Source: Nitrosopumilus sp. (GTDB lineage Archaea > Thermoproteota > Nitrososphaeria > Nitrososphaerales > Nitrosopumilaceae). From it: a stretch of DNA of 64,000 nucleotides. The stretch lies in contig OZ240211.1 in assembly GCA_965197525.1 (NCBI GenBank), positions 896,001-960,000 of the forward strand. Reading direction: 5' to 3'. How positions within the stretch are numbered: position 1 is the stretch's first letter; each line of letters begins with the position of its first letter. Below are positions 50,760 through 61,466 of the stretch, piece after piece. The notes beneath the pieces were generated by a model that did no database searches, had not been told where the DNA came from, and worked only from the letters and a program-made list of their open reading frames with translations. Both the position numbers and the translations under genes were made by a program.

Positions 50760-51215
50760 CTACTCAACATTAACTGTGCCGACCATCCATGGATGAACTA
50801 TACAAAAATACTCAAAAGTGCCGGGATCATCAAATGTATACTCAAAGGATTCTCCTGGAGGAAACAGTGAAGAATCAAAAATATCGGTAATACCAACATC
50901 GAAATTGCCGCTAGTTACAGTGTGTGCAATATTATCATCATTACTCCAAGAAACAGTCGTGCCCGCAGTAACGGTAGGGTTAGAATCTGAATAACAAGCA
51001 TCATCTACTTCACATCCAGGAAGTCCAGAATCCAAGAGAATTGAGATATGCAAAGTTGCTGGTAAGACTGGTACATCAACAGCGGGATCAACTGCAGGAT
51101 TAATTGCTACTGATTGTGGCACACTCTGAGGATCCATGGCAATGAATCCCAAAGATATCGCAACAAGAACACCAACAAAAGCTATTACACCGTATGCAAA
51201 ATTCATTTTATCCAC
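50760..51215 (-). CDS. membrane-anchored blue copper (cupredoxin) protein
   Basis: AHTVTSG...YFCIVHPWMVG. Confidence 0.9.
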   Translation of the reverse strand: MDKMNFAYGVIAFVGVLVAISLGFIAMDPQSVPQSVAINPAVDPAVDVPVLPATLHISILLDSGLPGCEVDDACYSDSNPTVTAGTTVSWSNDDNIAHTVTSGNFDVGITDIFDSSLFPPGESFEYTFDDPGTFEYFCIVHPWMVGTVNVE

Positions 51216-51699
51216 CTGTCAGTTTGGCAAACTTTTCGTTCTTACCTAACTTTTCCATAAATTCAATATTAGACAAAGCTACGATTGCTGATTCTACAAC
51301 TGGTTTATCAGGATCGTTTAACGCTTTCTTTAATGCATCTTTTGCTTGTTTTGAACCAACTACACCTAAAGCAATAGCGGCTTCATGACGAACAAACATA
51401 CTAGAATCATTAAGTGTTGCGTCAGTTAAAGGAGGAATAGCGCTAGAATAGGACATTTGTCCTAATGAGAATGCGGCTTCATGACGAACTAGTTCGTTTT
51501 CGTCATCTTTTAAGACTTTGGCAATATGAGGAATTTTATCTTCCCCACCAAAGTCAACCAAGATACAAGTAGCTCTAGTTCTTACTACAAAATCGGGATG
51601 ATTTAACAAGGATACAAAATATTCAGTGTTACATTGTTCATAATTTTGTTCCATCTCAGATAATATGGCTAATCTATCATCAGTAGTTACAGTCTGCAA
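51208..51699 (-). CDS. HEAT/PBS-lyase repeat protein
   Basis: Two VRHEAA motifs. Confidence 0.85.
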   Translation of the reverse strand: MQTVTTDDRLAILSEMEQNYEQCNTEYFVSLLNHPDFVVRTRATCILVDFGGEDKIPHIAKVLKDDENELVRHEAAFSLGQMSYSSAIPPLTDATLNDSSMFVRHEAAIALGVVGSKQAKDALKKALNDPDKPVVESAIVALSNIEFMEKLGKNEKFAKLTGG

Positions 51700-51932
51700 T
51701 TTATTTTGAGATTTTTTGTGTCCTATATTAGGTTACTTGAAAAAAAACACAACTATAGTCGTATTATGATATTTTTGCTATATACAATTACTTAGTTTGT
51801 GCTGAGAGATTATAGTAGAACGCTACAAAGATAAAAAAATACAAAAAATTTGATGTGCGAGGATGGGTCAGTGTGTGAGAAGAGATCAAAGTTCAGAGCT
51901 ATGTATTTAATGGAAAAAATACAAATCACATT

Positions 51933-52598
51933 ATGAGCGTGGTAATTGGTCAACAAGCACCAAATTTTGGAGTATCAGAGTGGGTGCAAGGAACACCCAC
52001 AAATTTTGATAAAGAAAACGATCACATAGTGCTATTGGAGGTTTTTCAGGTAAACTGCCCCGGATGTTTCATGCATGCGATTCCTGAGGCAATCAACATT
52101 TACAACAAATACAAAGACGAGGGTGTCAGAGTTTTAGGACTTGCTACTGCTTTTGAGGATTTTGATAAAAATACGTTAGATAATCTAAAGATGCTTGCAG
52201 AGACAGGCAAGGTAATTGGTGAGACAAAATCAGCACTTGCTGCATATGGTAAGTTGCAAGATGGGGACAGACTAAGTTACAAGATTCCATTTCCACTAGG
52301 AATGGATAGCCTGACAAAGACCCCAGAAACTGCAAGTCAGGAAAAGATAATGGAGATCATCTACCAGCAGATTCCCGAATTTGATGCATATCAAAAAGAA
52401 CACAAGGAAGGGATCATACAAAGAGTGAGGGATTACTTGAGTGCAAAAGAGTATTCAGCTGAAACGTTTGAAAAATATTCGCTACGAGGGACCCCATCAA
52501 CTATTGTAGTTGACAGAAGAGGAATTCTCAGAGATGTATCATTTGGTCAGACCGGACATTTGGATTCTATGATTCAAAAGCTAATTAACGAAGGATGA
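51933..52598 (+). CDS. thioredoxin-fold redox protein
   Basis: FQVNCPGC active site; GTPSTIVVD. Confidence 0.85.
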   Translation: MSVVIGQQAPNFGVSEWVQGTPTNFDKENDHIVLLEVFQVNCPGCFMHAIPEAINIYNKYKDEGVRVLGLATAFEDFDKNTLDNLKMLAETGKVIGETKSALAAYGKLQDGDRLSYKIPFPLGMDSLTKTPETASQEKIMEIIYQQIPEFDAYQKEHKEGIIQRVRDYLSAKEYSAETFEKYSLRGTPSTIVVDRRGILRDVSFGQTGHLDSMIQKLINEG

Positions 52599-52751
52599 GT
52601 CACCTTGTCAAGAAAAGCACTAGTGACAAGAGTGCAACGACAGCAAACCCGCTTACAAGAGCAATTTTTGCATTATCCATGCTGCTAATTTACCAAAGTG
52701 TAATAAAAATAAAGCTGAATTGTGCTACTACCGTTAAAAGACATACTGCAT

Positions 52752-53303
52752 CTATCTCTGTTTGTTCTTCTTTAGTTTTAGCAGATATAGTACTGCAATA
52801 ACGGCTGCGATAAGAGATAGAATTAGAACCAACAACTCCAAAGTAGCAGAATCATATTTCTCTGAGATTGGCATAACGGATTGCACAGTATTCGTAGGAA
52901 CTAGACCAAAGAGATGCGTAGTTCCAGTAATCGTTATAGTGTTTTCGCCAGAACCGATAAAATTCAAGGTTATAAAAGAAATTTTTTGGTTGTCGTGTAC
53001 GGTTGGGTGGTAGGCCTCTCCATTTAGAGAGAATGTCAAATTACCACCCAAGAGATCTTTTGGAAGAATAACTTCACCTAAATTATCTTCCAAACTACTA
53101 GAGATAAAAAGTGCTAATGTTTTTTCCTCCTCGTTAAACGTAAAATCAGGAATGCCGAAATTGGCAACTACTTGAACCGGAAAAACATATCCGCTTGCAG
53201 ATACATCCAGATTATGTACAAATCCAGTGGCATCAGACAGTTGGCCATACACAGGTGTCACGGTAACTACTGAAAGCAATACTAGAAGTATTATGATCTT
53301 CAA
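52752..53303 (-). CDS. exported protein with C-terminal TM anchor
   Basis: Signal peptide, C-terminal TM and basic tail. Confidence 0.7.
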   Translation of the reverse strand: MKIIILLVLLSVVTVTPVYGQLSDATGFVHNLDVSASGYVFPVQVVANFGIPDFTFNEEEKTLALFISSSLEDNLGEVILPKDLLGGNLTFSLNGEAYHPTVHDNQKISFITLNFIGSGENTITITGTTHLFGLVPTNTVQSVMPISEKYDSATLELLVLILSLIAAVIAVLYLLKLKKNKQR

Positions 53304-53304
53304 T

Positions 53305-53763
53305 TTATACAGCGCTAGCTACGACTCTTTTGCTAAGCTCTTTATCCTGTACAATTCTAGGATGGGAAGGATCAGCTAGAATAACTTCAAACCAGTAATG
53401 CTTTCCATCTTTATAGATAAAGTAAGATCCCAGTAATTTCATGTTCGGATATCTCTGAAGAACCCTTCTATCAGCAACTGTCTTCATGTTATCGTCTGCT
53501 TTGATTCTTGTAACACCCAAATGTTTTGGCCTTCTACCTCCAGTGGGTCTCTGCTTCCTCATACCACCTGTACCAACTCTCATTCGAACAACAACAATGC
53601 CTTGTTTGGCTTTGTAACCCAGTCTTCTAGCCCTCTGTAATCGACTAGGTTTGTCAATACGAGTGACAGCTGGCTGTTTACGCCATCCTACTACGCGTTG
53701 ACGAATATCAATAGAGTTCTCTCTCCACAATCTAATCCAAGTTTGATCCTGGTAACTAGGCAT
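53305..53763 (-). CDS. rpl15e: 50S ribosomal protein L15e
   Basis: RARRLGYKAKQG, RPKHLG and LGSY...WFEVILADP motifs. Confidence 0.96.
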   Translation of the reverse strand: MPSYQDQTWIRLWRENSIDIRQRVVGWRKQPAVTRIDKPSRLQRARRLGYKAKQGIVVVRMRVGTGGMRKQRPTGGRRPKHLGVTRIKADDNMKTVADRRVLQRYPNMKLLGSYFIYKDGKHYWFEVILADPSHPRIVQDKELSKRVVASAV

Positions 53764-54048
53764 ATCCTAAATTAAAAAACGCCCTTTAATAACTGTAAAT
53801 CGAGAGATAGGCATGCCGTGATTTATTGAATTAAAACCTCTTTGAGCATGAAGTGTAATTTACACACTCAAAGAGAGATCGTCTCCGCAGAAAACACGAT
53901 AAACAAGGTATGCAGACACAATTAAAAAAGATTTGCAAATAATCGTAACGAAACATAGTCCGGTATTCAAATAAAATTTGGGAACAGATAGATATTATAC
54001 AAAATTATACCGATCTGAGATTTTTATTGAACAACATATCCAGAGATA

Positions 54049-54711
54049 TTGATGAAGATAACAAGAGGAGTGTCGTTAGTATTTTTAGCAATAATAACCA
54101 TGGTGTCTCTCCCACCAGTTTATGCAGAGCAGACAGTAGCAATAGTAATGGAAAAAACAGTGTATGAGTATTGCGAAAAACTATTTTACACTATCCAAGT
54201 CTCAGAAGTCACAGGAGATTCTGCAATTATCCATATCAGAGATGAGTCAGGTGGACAGAGCAGTGCGATTCCAATTCCAATAACAGGCCTACAAACCCCA
54301 GTCCCATCGGTAGTTGCTTTTGAAGCAGAAATTTTTCCGCTAGGAAAATATTTCATTGATGTAGAGTATTCAGGGGCAAAATCTAGTGCAGAATTTGAAC
54401 TAGTAGAATCCAATGCAAGTTGCATTCCACAAGTAATGAAAACGATAACGGCAAACTGGTTATCAGGAAAAATTTCAGATGGATTTTTACTTGATGCGTT
54501 TAAGAAATATGTGGATGATGAATTAATAGACATACCTTTAGAGATCACTAGAGACAATGTTTACAAGTTAGACATACCAGAGTGGGTAAAAAACTTGGGA
54601 TATTGGTGGCTAACAGAAGAGATAACAGAGAATGCCTTTGTTGAGGCGATCAATTACATGATAAAGAATAACATTATAGGATTTCCAATGGATGTAGGAA
54701 ATAAGACATGA
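54049..54711 (+). CDS. secreted thaumarchaeal protein with IPEWVKN C-terminal domain
   Basis: Signal peptide; IPEWVKNLGYWW...FVEAINYMIKNNII. Confidence 0.75.
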   Translation: MMKITRGVSLVFLAIITMVSLPPVYAEQTVAIVMEKTVYEYCEKLFYTIQVSEVTGDSAIIHIRDESGGQSSAIPIPITGLQTPVPSVVAFEAEIFPLGKYFIDVEYSGAKSSAEFELVESNASCIPQVMKTITANWLSGKISDGFLLDAFKKYVDDELIDIPLEITRDNVYKLDIPEWVKNLGYWWLTEEITENAFVEAINYMIKNNIIGFPMDVGNKT

Positions 54712-55223
54712 ACAAATATTCGGTTATCACAGTCATAGCAATAATAGTTATTATTATTCCATTTGCACATTCAGGATGGAATATTTTTGCAGGACAGCAG
54801 CTAGAGTACAGATGGGATAGTCCGGGTCTGTTTTCATTTTTTACATTTTCTAATCATGGAGAGATAGAATTCTGCAACGCGATGCCATTTTGGACAAATG
54901 TTCAGCAATTTGAAATTTTAACATTCTATGACGAAGTATATCTTGGATCATTTGTGATAAATCCATTTACAGTCAACCCGTATTCATCGACCATACAGAC
55001 AGGGGATTTTATTGCAGAGGATCTCTTGGCAGCACAGCATGTTTTTATGACAATGGATTTTGAGTTCGATGGTGGAGATATAAGGCTTGATCCTAACAAG
55101 ATGATTGTCATAACAGAGATAGATACTCCAATAATGGGAATAATTCCGTATTCATCTACAAATCAGATATCGGGATTTGAGTTGGACAGAATTATGAATT
55201 CAGAAGATCTGTCTTGTAATTAA
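54708..55223 (+). CDS. conserved thaumarchaeal hypothetical protein
   Basis: N-terminal TM; start overlaps the previous stop. Confidence 0.7.
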   Translation: MNKYSVITVIAIIVIIIPFAHSGWNIFAGQQLEYRWDSPGLFSFFTFSNHGEIEFCNAMPFWTNVQQFEILTFYDEVYLGSFVINPFTVNPYSSTIQTGDFIAEDLLAAQHVFMTMDFEFDGGDIRLDPNKMIVITEIDTPIMGIIPYSSTNQISGFELDRIMNSEDLSCN

Positions 55224-55254
55224 ATCAGATTAGCAAGTGTTACACTACCGGCAA

Positions 55255-56145
55255 TTATTTACGTTGATGTGCTTTGGATATCAATCCAATAAAAACTGCA
55301 ATGGCACCTGCAATTATAAATGCAGCAACGGCACCAAGAACAAGTCCTTTATCTGATACAGACTTGGAAGATGTTGGTTGTTGTGTGGACTCTGAAGCAA
55401 GAACACATACACCATCTTCTAGAATAGTGCCAGGTCCGCATCGCTCATCTAATACACATACACCATCTTCTAGAATAGTGCCAGGTCCGCATTTTGATTC
55501 AGATGTTTCATCCATAGAGAGATCAGAATCCATAGACGTTGAGTCTTTCTCTCCGGTATCTGACATTGCGCCAGATTGCTCTGCATCTGAGGGTATGGTG
55601 TCCGGAATCACAGGATCTTCTTCTAGTTGATCAGTAACGGTATCCTCGATAGATGGAGGAGGTGGTGGTGGAGCAGGAATATCAGGACCAAGTTTGGATC
55701 CAATAATCTCTAATTCTTCAGAACCGCTAGGTAGTCGAATGGATAAAGTTCTATACTCATCAGTACTTTCAGTTTCTGTATAACGTAGTTCGTCACCGTC
55801 AATTAAAATGAAAAATGGTTCACCTAATCCACTAGTATCAAAAAATTCACGGTCAAACGTAATAGTTAAGAATCCAGCTAGATCAATCAAGTTGACATCT
55901 ATGATCAAAGAGTTGGCAGGCAGATCAGGTGTAATGTCAGTTACAGTCATTCCAAGTACTGTGTACTCGATATCAAATGATTCACCTCGAACATCAACAG
56001 TGATGGTTTCAGCATATACTGACGCAAAAGGAATTAACGTAAGAAGAGCAAGTCCGAGTGAGAGCGTCAATACAAGATTACTGTTAACAGGATAGCGTGT
56101 TAGTATGGACTGTAACATAGTTGTATCGTGATTCTCACTCATCAT
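55255..56145 (-). CDS. cell-surface protein with CGPGTILEDGVCV repeats and C-terminal TM
   Basis: Signal region, Pro-rich linker, two CGPGT repeats. Confidence 0.75.
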   Translation of the reverse strand: MMSENHDTTMLQSILTRYPVNSNLVLTLSLGLALLTLIPFASVYAETITVDVRGESFDIEYTVLGMTVTDITPDLPANSLIIDVNLIDLAGFLTITFDREFFDTSGLGEPFFILIDGDELRYTETESTDEYRTLSIRLPSGSEELEIIGSKLGPDIPAPPPPPPSIEDTVTDQLEEDPVIPDTIPSDAEQSGAMSDTGEKDSTSMDSDLSMDETSESKCGPGTILEDGVCVLDERCGPGTILEDGVCVLASESTQQPTSSKSVSDKGLVLGAVAAFIIAGAIAVFIGLISKAHQRK

Positions 56146-56247
56146 ATTTTAAACTTTGAATTGATCTTAAAATGAATAGTATATAATAAATTACACAAGA
56201 GTCAAACTTTTTCACTTATTTGGGAATAGATCCAAGTCATTAAAAGA

Positions 56248-57186
56248 CTAGATGACACCACGCAGTATCTGAACAATCTTTTCAGCTATAACGTTTGCTG
56301 CCAGAGATTGGGCTTCTTTTGTTTGGGCACCGATATGAGGTGTTAAAATAACACTGTCTAGTTGGGCTAGTTTATTCCCAATTGCAGGTTCTTTCTCAAA
56401 GACATCAAGAGCTGCACCGCCCAAAGTGCCATTGCTGAGGGCATCATACAAAGCATCTTCATCAACAACACCGCCTCTAGAGGTATTGATGATCTTGGCA
56501 GTGTCCTTCATCATAGACATCTTTTCTGCATTAAGAAGATGGTATGTAGAGTCAAGCAAGGGAACGTGAATTGAGATATAGTCTGAGCTTTGTAATAAAG
56601 TGTCAAGGTCAGCCTTCATTAGACCAACCTCTTTTGAAAATTCGGCATCAATAGGAATCACATCATAGCCAATAATGTTCATATTAAATCCACGGGCAAG
56701 TCTTGCCAATCTCTTTCCGATGTTTCCCAGACCTATAATTCCAAGATACTTTCCGCGCAGTTCAGTTCCCTTTAGTTCTTTTTTGAGCCATTGTTGATTC
56801 CTTATTGCTCTATCGCCCCTTGCAGTCTGTCTTGCAAGTGATAACATTAAACCTAAAACCAGTTCTGCGACAGCATTCATCGCTCCTTCTACAGCGTTAA
56901 TTACACGAATATCTTTTGCGTTAGCTGCTTTTTGATCTATGTTGTCGAGTCCAACCCCAACACGAGCAATAATCTTACAATTATCAGCTTTTTCAATCAT
57001 CTCTTGGGTAATGGTAGTTCTACTACGAACAATTATAATATTAAACTCAGAGATCGTATCGAGAATTTGTGTAGCAGTAATTTCAGGTTGATAAGACACG
57101 CGTAGTCCATTATCTGATAAAATTTTTTCAAGTATTGGATCAACCTGATCACATATCAGAACAGAATCATCAAATCCCATAATCAA
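56248..57186 (-). CDS. serA: D-3-phosphoglycerate dehydrogenase family protein
   Basis: ARVGVGLDNID, GLGNIG, INTSRG, LDVFEKEP and TPHIGA motifs. Confidence 0.88.
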   Translation of the reverse strand: MIMGFDDSVLICDQVDPILEKILSDNGLRVSYQPEITATQILDTISEFNIIIVRSRTTITQEMIEKADNCKIIARVGVGLDNIDQKAANAKDIRVINAVEGAMNAVAELVLGLMLSLARQTARGDRAIRNQQWLKKELKGTELRGKYLGIIGLGNIGKRLARLARGFNMNIIGYDVIPIDAEFSKEVGLMKADLDTLLQSSDYISIHVPLLDSTYHLLNAEKMSMMKDTAKIINTSRGGVVDEDALYDALSNGTLGGAALDVFEKEPAIGNKLAQLDSVILTPHIGAQTKEAQSLAANVIAEKIVQILRGVI

Positions 57187-57243
57187 ATGATGTGTAATAC
57201 AGCATATATTTCATAGGTTCTGTTGCATTAACGAGTGGTGTTA

Positions 57244-58443
57244 TTAACAATAACAATCACTCAGAACACTGGACTTTGACATATCGACTATCTGGATTAC
57301 CGGTATACAGGGTTCCATCATAGCTGACTCAAAAACGTCAGACTGCGCTTCACTTATGCCATCTCTACTATCCCTAAACCTAGGGGACAGTTTGCGTGAT
57401 ATGTTCATGGCAGCTATAATGTCTCTGTCCATGAATAATCCGCAATTATTACACGACATTTTACGATGTTGTTGCATGTCCTCTTGGAGTTTCTTTCCGC
57501 ATCTTGGACATTGCGTGCTCGTGCGTTTTGGGTATACAAATTTGACTGGGAGCCCGACCCATTGGGCTTTGTATTCTATTTGGCGTTGTAACTCGTAGAA
57601 TTGCCAGCCATTCAATCTACGTCTATACTTGTTTCCTTGACCATTTCCTTTCTTGTACAATTTTCTTATTCCTTTCAAGTTTTCTAACACAATTACAGCC
57701 TTTTTACTAACGGCATTATCCACAATATCTTTTGATATTTTGTGTATGTATTGTTTTGTTCTATTGGCCATTCTTTGCTGTTTTATCTTCCAGAATTGAC
57801 CTTTTTTTCTATTGTCATTTCTGTGAAAACCAGCTCTTGCATGTATTGTGTTCTCTTTGATAGATAACAGTTTGTTAGTTTTATAGAACATTACTTTTTC
57901 ATCATTCCCACATGTGACATTTCTAAGGTTTCTGTCTATACCTATTACATTAGAGCACTCTATCTCTTCTATTTGTTTTGAGACACAAATACTAATGGTA
58001 CCATCATTTAATGAAAATGAACGTATAGTTAATTCAGGGTCAGATAGAATATTTTGAGTGTGATCATTTAACAGTATATTGATAGGTTGTCTGTTCTTGA
58101 ATGGTATTGTTAGTAGTGCACCATTGTGTTTTATACCGTAACAATTAGTGATAAATGGCTTTTTTATTTTTGGATATTTAACTTTGACGCCACGTTTTAT
58201 TGATTGCCTTCTGTTTGATAGCATGCCGGCAGCCCTTGATATTGCACAGATTTTATATGTTGATAAAATATCGTATTGATTTAACTCATGATAACACAGA
58301 TAGGACAACCGTTTCATATTGCACACATCTTCTTTTAGTCCTATTCTAATGGAAAGGTTTACCATTTCTATGAATGTATCCATCAACTCTTTTAGTTCAG
58401 AGTTTGGCGTATGCTTTTGTGTTATTGATTTTATGGCTTGCAC
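57244..58443 (-). CDS. tnpB: TnpB RNA-guided endonuclease (paralog)
   Basis: GIDRN, LENL, CPRC/CNNC and DRDIIAAMNI all intact. Confidence 0.95.
   Translation of the reverse strand: MQAIKSITQKHTPNSELKELMDTFIEMVNLSIRIGLKEDVCNMKRLSYLCYHELNQYDILSTYKICAISRAAGMLSNRRQSIKRGVKVKYPKIKKPFITNCYGIKHNGALLTIPFKNRQPINILLNDHTQNILSDPELTIRSFSLNDGTISICVSKQIEEIECSNVIGIDRNLRNVTCGNDEKVMFYKTNKLLSIKENTIHARAGFHRNDNRKKGQFWKIKQQRMANRTKQYIHKISKDIVDNAVSKKAVIVLENLKGIRKLYKKGNGQGNKYRRRLNGWQFYELQRQIEYKAQWVGLPVKFVYPKRTSTQCPRCGKKLQEDMQQHRKMSCNNCGLFMDRDIIAAMNISRKLSPRFRDSRDGISEAQSDVFESAMMEPCIPVIQIVDMSKSSVLSDCYC
57272..57390 (-). ncRNA. putative omegaRNA scaffold of the second tnpB
   Basis: Conserved with 49001-49122; boundaries approximate. 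Confidence 0.6.
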
Positions 58444-58573
58444 GTTATAAATTACAAGGTTTGTTTTTAATAAAAGTGCTTTTTTTATTTATTTGGTTCT
58501 ATTTTACCACTAGTGAATGCAACAGAGCCATTTCATACAAAATAATAAAAAAGAAAAAAAGATGTTTATACAA

Positions 58574-59995
58574 TCAAGAAGTCAGGATTTCAGCAACTAC
58601 TGGAATTACTTCCCATAGTGCAAGATAGTCTGGATGTTCTTCTTGTATTTCGGAAACTCTATCATCACTGTATAGGCCATGAATGTTTATTTTAGGATGA
58701 GCAATACTGTCTGCCCCCATTGGTGGGACAGCATCGCTTGGATTACCTAAAACATGTGCATATGATGCTACAGGCTCTTCGATGATTCCTGCTTCAACTA
58801 GAACTGGGTTCAAGCCAAATGGATCACCGGCTACAAATACTGAAGCTGCACCTGTATATAGTGCTGCATAGTCATGGTTTACTAGTGCATATGCACCTGG
58901 TTCATCAAATACCAAATCTACTATCATGTTCTGTGATCCTCCTAGTAGCCATGTTTCAGTGGCTGCAGATTGTACTCTGTTGCCTTGTGTAACTCTATCC
59001 AATATCTCTCCAACAATATGGAAGTATACTGGTTCGTTACCATGGTTTTCAGTAAAGATTCTCACGTGTTGATTAGTTTCAACAAACAAGAGTTGTGATT
59101 GGTACTGCTTGAGATCAAGTCCGTTCCATGGTTGTGCAACAAAGATGTTTCTATTGACATCCCCATTGACAAGTAAGTTGTGAGCCATGTTTGGTACATA
59201 ACCAAATGACATACCATTAACAACTGTTGCAGTGTTCTTATGTGCGAACATTGCTGTGGCATCATATGTGCCTTCAGGTGTTAGGTACAATTGGTTGTAT
59301 TGCATCTGGAACTCCAATGCATCTGCATCGTAGAACTTTCTATCTAGTTCACCGCTTCCGCTTGTCTTCTCAACCATTAATTTCTTGTATCCGTTTGCAG
59401 GATCAACAATTGCAATTCCGTACATGCCGGAAAATACGTGTTGGTCCATGCCAACTAGTTTGACACCAGAACAGTGATATTTGAAAACACCTGCGGCTTC
59501 AGCAATGTAACAATACTGACTTGTTTCACCAGGATTAACTGATTCAAAAGCGCTAGATGAGATTTGTGATGAGTGCATGTCGTTACCGTGTCCGGTAACT
59601 TCATCTGCTGGAATTTCTAGTGTCATTTTTACAACGTCGCCCTGAGTAACTCTCAGTGTAGGTCCTGGAACTTGTTCGTTAAAGACCATTGCGCTGAAAG
59701 TCTTGCCTCCCATGATTGGAAGTTCAATACTTTCGCCAACTAGGTTGAATTCAACTACGTTGCGTCCACTATTCTCCAATACACCACAATCAGTTTCTGC
59801 GAATGCCTGAGGCATTACAAGCTTTAAACCTCCCATTTGATGGATTTGTTCTAGTACATCGATATCCATTTCTTCGATATCAATGGACTGTCCAACAATC
59901 TGGGTTTGTGTATATGTGCTTCCGAATAAGGTAGCTCCCATTACAGCTACTGCCATAATTGTAAAGAGCATACTAACACGCTTATTCATGAACAA
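58574..59995 (-). CDS. nirK: copper-containing nitrite reductase (archaeal NirK)
   Basis: GHGNDMH, YHCSG...MDQHVFSGMYG, FHIVGE and VNH Cu ligands. Confidence 0.92.
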   Translation of the reverse strand: MFMNKRVSMLFTIMAVAVMGATLFGSTYTQTQIVGQSIDIEEMDIDVLEQIHQMGGLKLVMPQAFAETDCGVLENSGRNVVEFNLVGESIELPIMGGKTFSAMVFNEQVPGPTLRVTQGDVVKMTLEIPADEVTGHGNDMHSSQISSSAFESVNPGETSQYCYIAEAAGVFKYHCSGVKLVGMDQHVFSGMYGIAIVDPANGYKKLMVEKTSGSGELDRKFYDADALEFQMQYNQLYLTPEGTYDATAMFAHKNTATVVNGMSFGYVPNMAHNLLVNGDVNRNIFVAQPWNGLDLKQYQSQLLFVETNQHVRIFTENHGNEPVYFHIVGEILDRVTQGNRVQSAATETWLLGGSQNMIVDLVFDEPGAYALVNHDYAALYTGAASVFVAGDPFGLNPVLVEAGIIEEPVASYAHVLGNPSDAVPPMGADSIAHPKINIHGLYSDDRVSEIQEEHPDYLALWEVIPVVAEILTS

Positions 59996-60089
59996 AATGG
60001 CTTACAGTTCCTATATAATAATTGCCATTGATAAAGGTGTAATTTTATAAGAATGTCAAAAAAAGAAGAAATATTGAAGGATAAGAGGT

Positions 60090-61460
60090 GTGATTGTTAT
60101 GAAATTTAGATTAGATCAAGATTCGCTTGGAAAAGTCAAGGTTCCAGCTGACGCATATTATGGAGCGTTTACAGGGCGAGCCGTCAAACAGTATCATGTA
60201 ACAGGCAGTAAAAGTCATGAAAATTTGACAAGGGCGTTTGTAATGATAAAACGCTCTGCAGCAGTTGCAAACGTAAAGACGGGCGCCATTGATGCAAAGC
60301 GCGGGGATGCAATAGTGACGGCGTGTGACAAGATACTGGCTGGAAAATATATGGATCAGTTCGTCGTAGACATGATAAACTCGGGGGCAGGTACTGCATT
60401 TAACATGAATGCCAATGAGGTAGTTGCAAATGTAGCACTGGAGATACTGCACAAGAAGAGAGGCCAGTACGAGTTTCTACATCCAAATGATCACGTCAAC
60501 ATGTCGCAGTCAAGTAATGATACATATCCTACTGCGATGCATATTGCAATTCTGATGAATTTAAACGAGACAATTCCAGCTACAGATGTTTTAATAGAAT
60601 CGCTTGCCAAAAAAGCAAAGGAGTTTTCTGCATTCAAAAAAATTGGAAGAACACACCTTATGGATGCGTTGCCTGTAACACTGGGCGGGGAATTCCAAGC
60701 TTTTGTTACAGCAATAAAGAAAGCGCAAAGCGGTATAGTACAATCACAAAAGGAGTTACAACATGTTGCTTTAGGCGGTACGGCTGTGGGCACGGGCGCC
60801 AATACACCAAAAGGTTATAGAAAGATTGCAATATCAGAATTAGGAAAGATATCAGGATTGCAGCTAAAACCAGAAAAAGATATGCAATATAGTTTGCAAA
60901 GCAAATTCGCAATAACTAATCTATCAGGTGCGTTACGAAATCTGGCATTAGAGATAGGAAAGATTGCAAATGATATCAGACTAATGGCCTCAGGCCCGAT
61001 TGCAGGATTGGCAGAACTAGGAATTCCTGCAGTACATGCGGGATCATCTATTATGCCAGGAAAAGTAAACCCGTCTTTGGCAGAATGTATGAACATGATA
61101 TGTTTTAATATTATCGGAAATGATACGGCAGTCTCCTTGGCAGGGCAGGCAGGGCAGCTTGAGCTAAATGTCATGCTGCCAGGTATGCTAAAGTGCATAC
61201 TAGAGTCTACTGACATGCTAAAAAACTTTTTGCCAATATTTGCGTTGAATCTAATCGACGGTTTAACTACAAACAAGGACAAATTACGAGCAGATATTGA
61301 GAACAGCCCGGTAATTGTCACGCTACTGACCCCAAAGATTGGATATCTCAAATCTGCAGAACTCTTCAAAGAGTCGCTAAAGACTGGAAAGACCATTAGA
61401 GAACTAGTTGTTTCAAAAGGGCTGATGAGTAACAAAGAAATTGATTCTTTATTTGAATAG
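60090..61460 (+). CDS. fumC: class II fumarate hydratase / aspartate ammonia-lyase family
   Basis: HPNDHVNMSQSSND, GRTHLMDA and GSSIMPGKVNP motifs; fumC versus aspA not resolved by eye. Confidence 0.8.
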   Translation: MIVMKFRLDQDSLGKVKVPADAYYGAFTGRAVKQYHVTGSKSHENLTRAFVMIKRSAAVANVKTGAIDAKRGDAIVTACDKILAGKYMDQFVVDMINSGAGTAFNMNANEVVANVALEILHKKRGQYEFLHPNDHVNMSQSSNDTYPTAMHIAILMNLNETIPATDVLIESLAKKAKEFSAFKKIGRTHLMDALPVTLGGEFQAFVTAIKKAQSGIVQSQKELQHVALGGTAVGTGANTPKGYRKIAISELGKISGLQLKPEKDMQYSLQSKFAITNLSGALRNLALEIGKIANDIRLMASGPIAGLAELGIPAVHAGSSIMPGKVNPSLAECMNMICFNIIGNDTAVSLAGQAGQLELNVMLPGMLKCILESTDMLKNFLPIFALNLIDGLTTNKDKLRADIENSPVIVTLLTPKIGYLKSAELFKESLKTGKTIRELVVSKGLMSNKEIDSLFE

Positions 61461-61466
61461 AACGTA

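Larger units (their letters stand above)
57216..58529 (-). mobile_element. second non-autonomous tnpB element with IS6-type TIRs (1314 bp)
   Basis: TIRs GGTTCTGTTGCATTAACGAGTGGT and reverse complement of GGCTCTGTTGCATTCACTAGTGGT (21/24); exact TSD ATTTCATA at 57208-57215 and 58530-58537. Confidence 0.95.
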
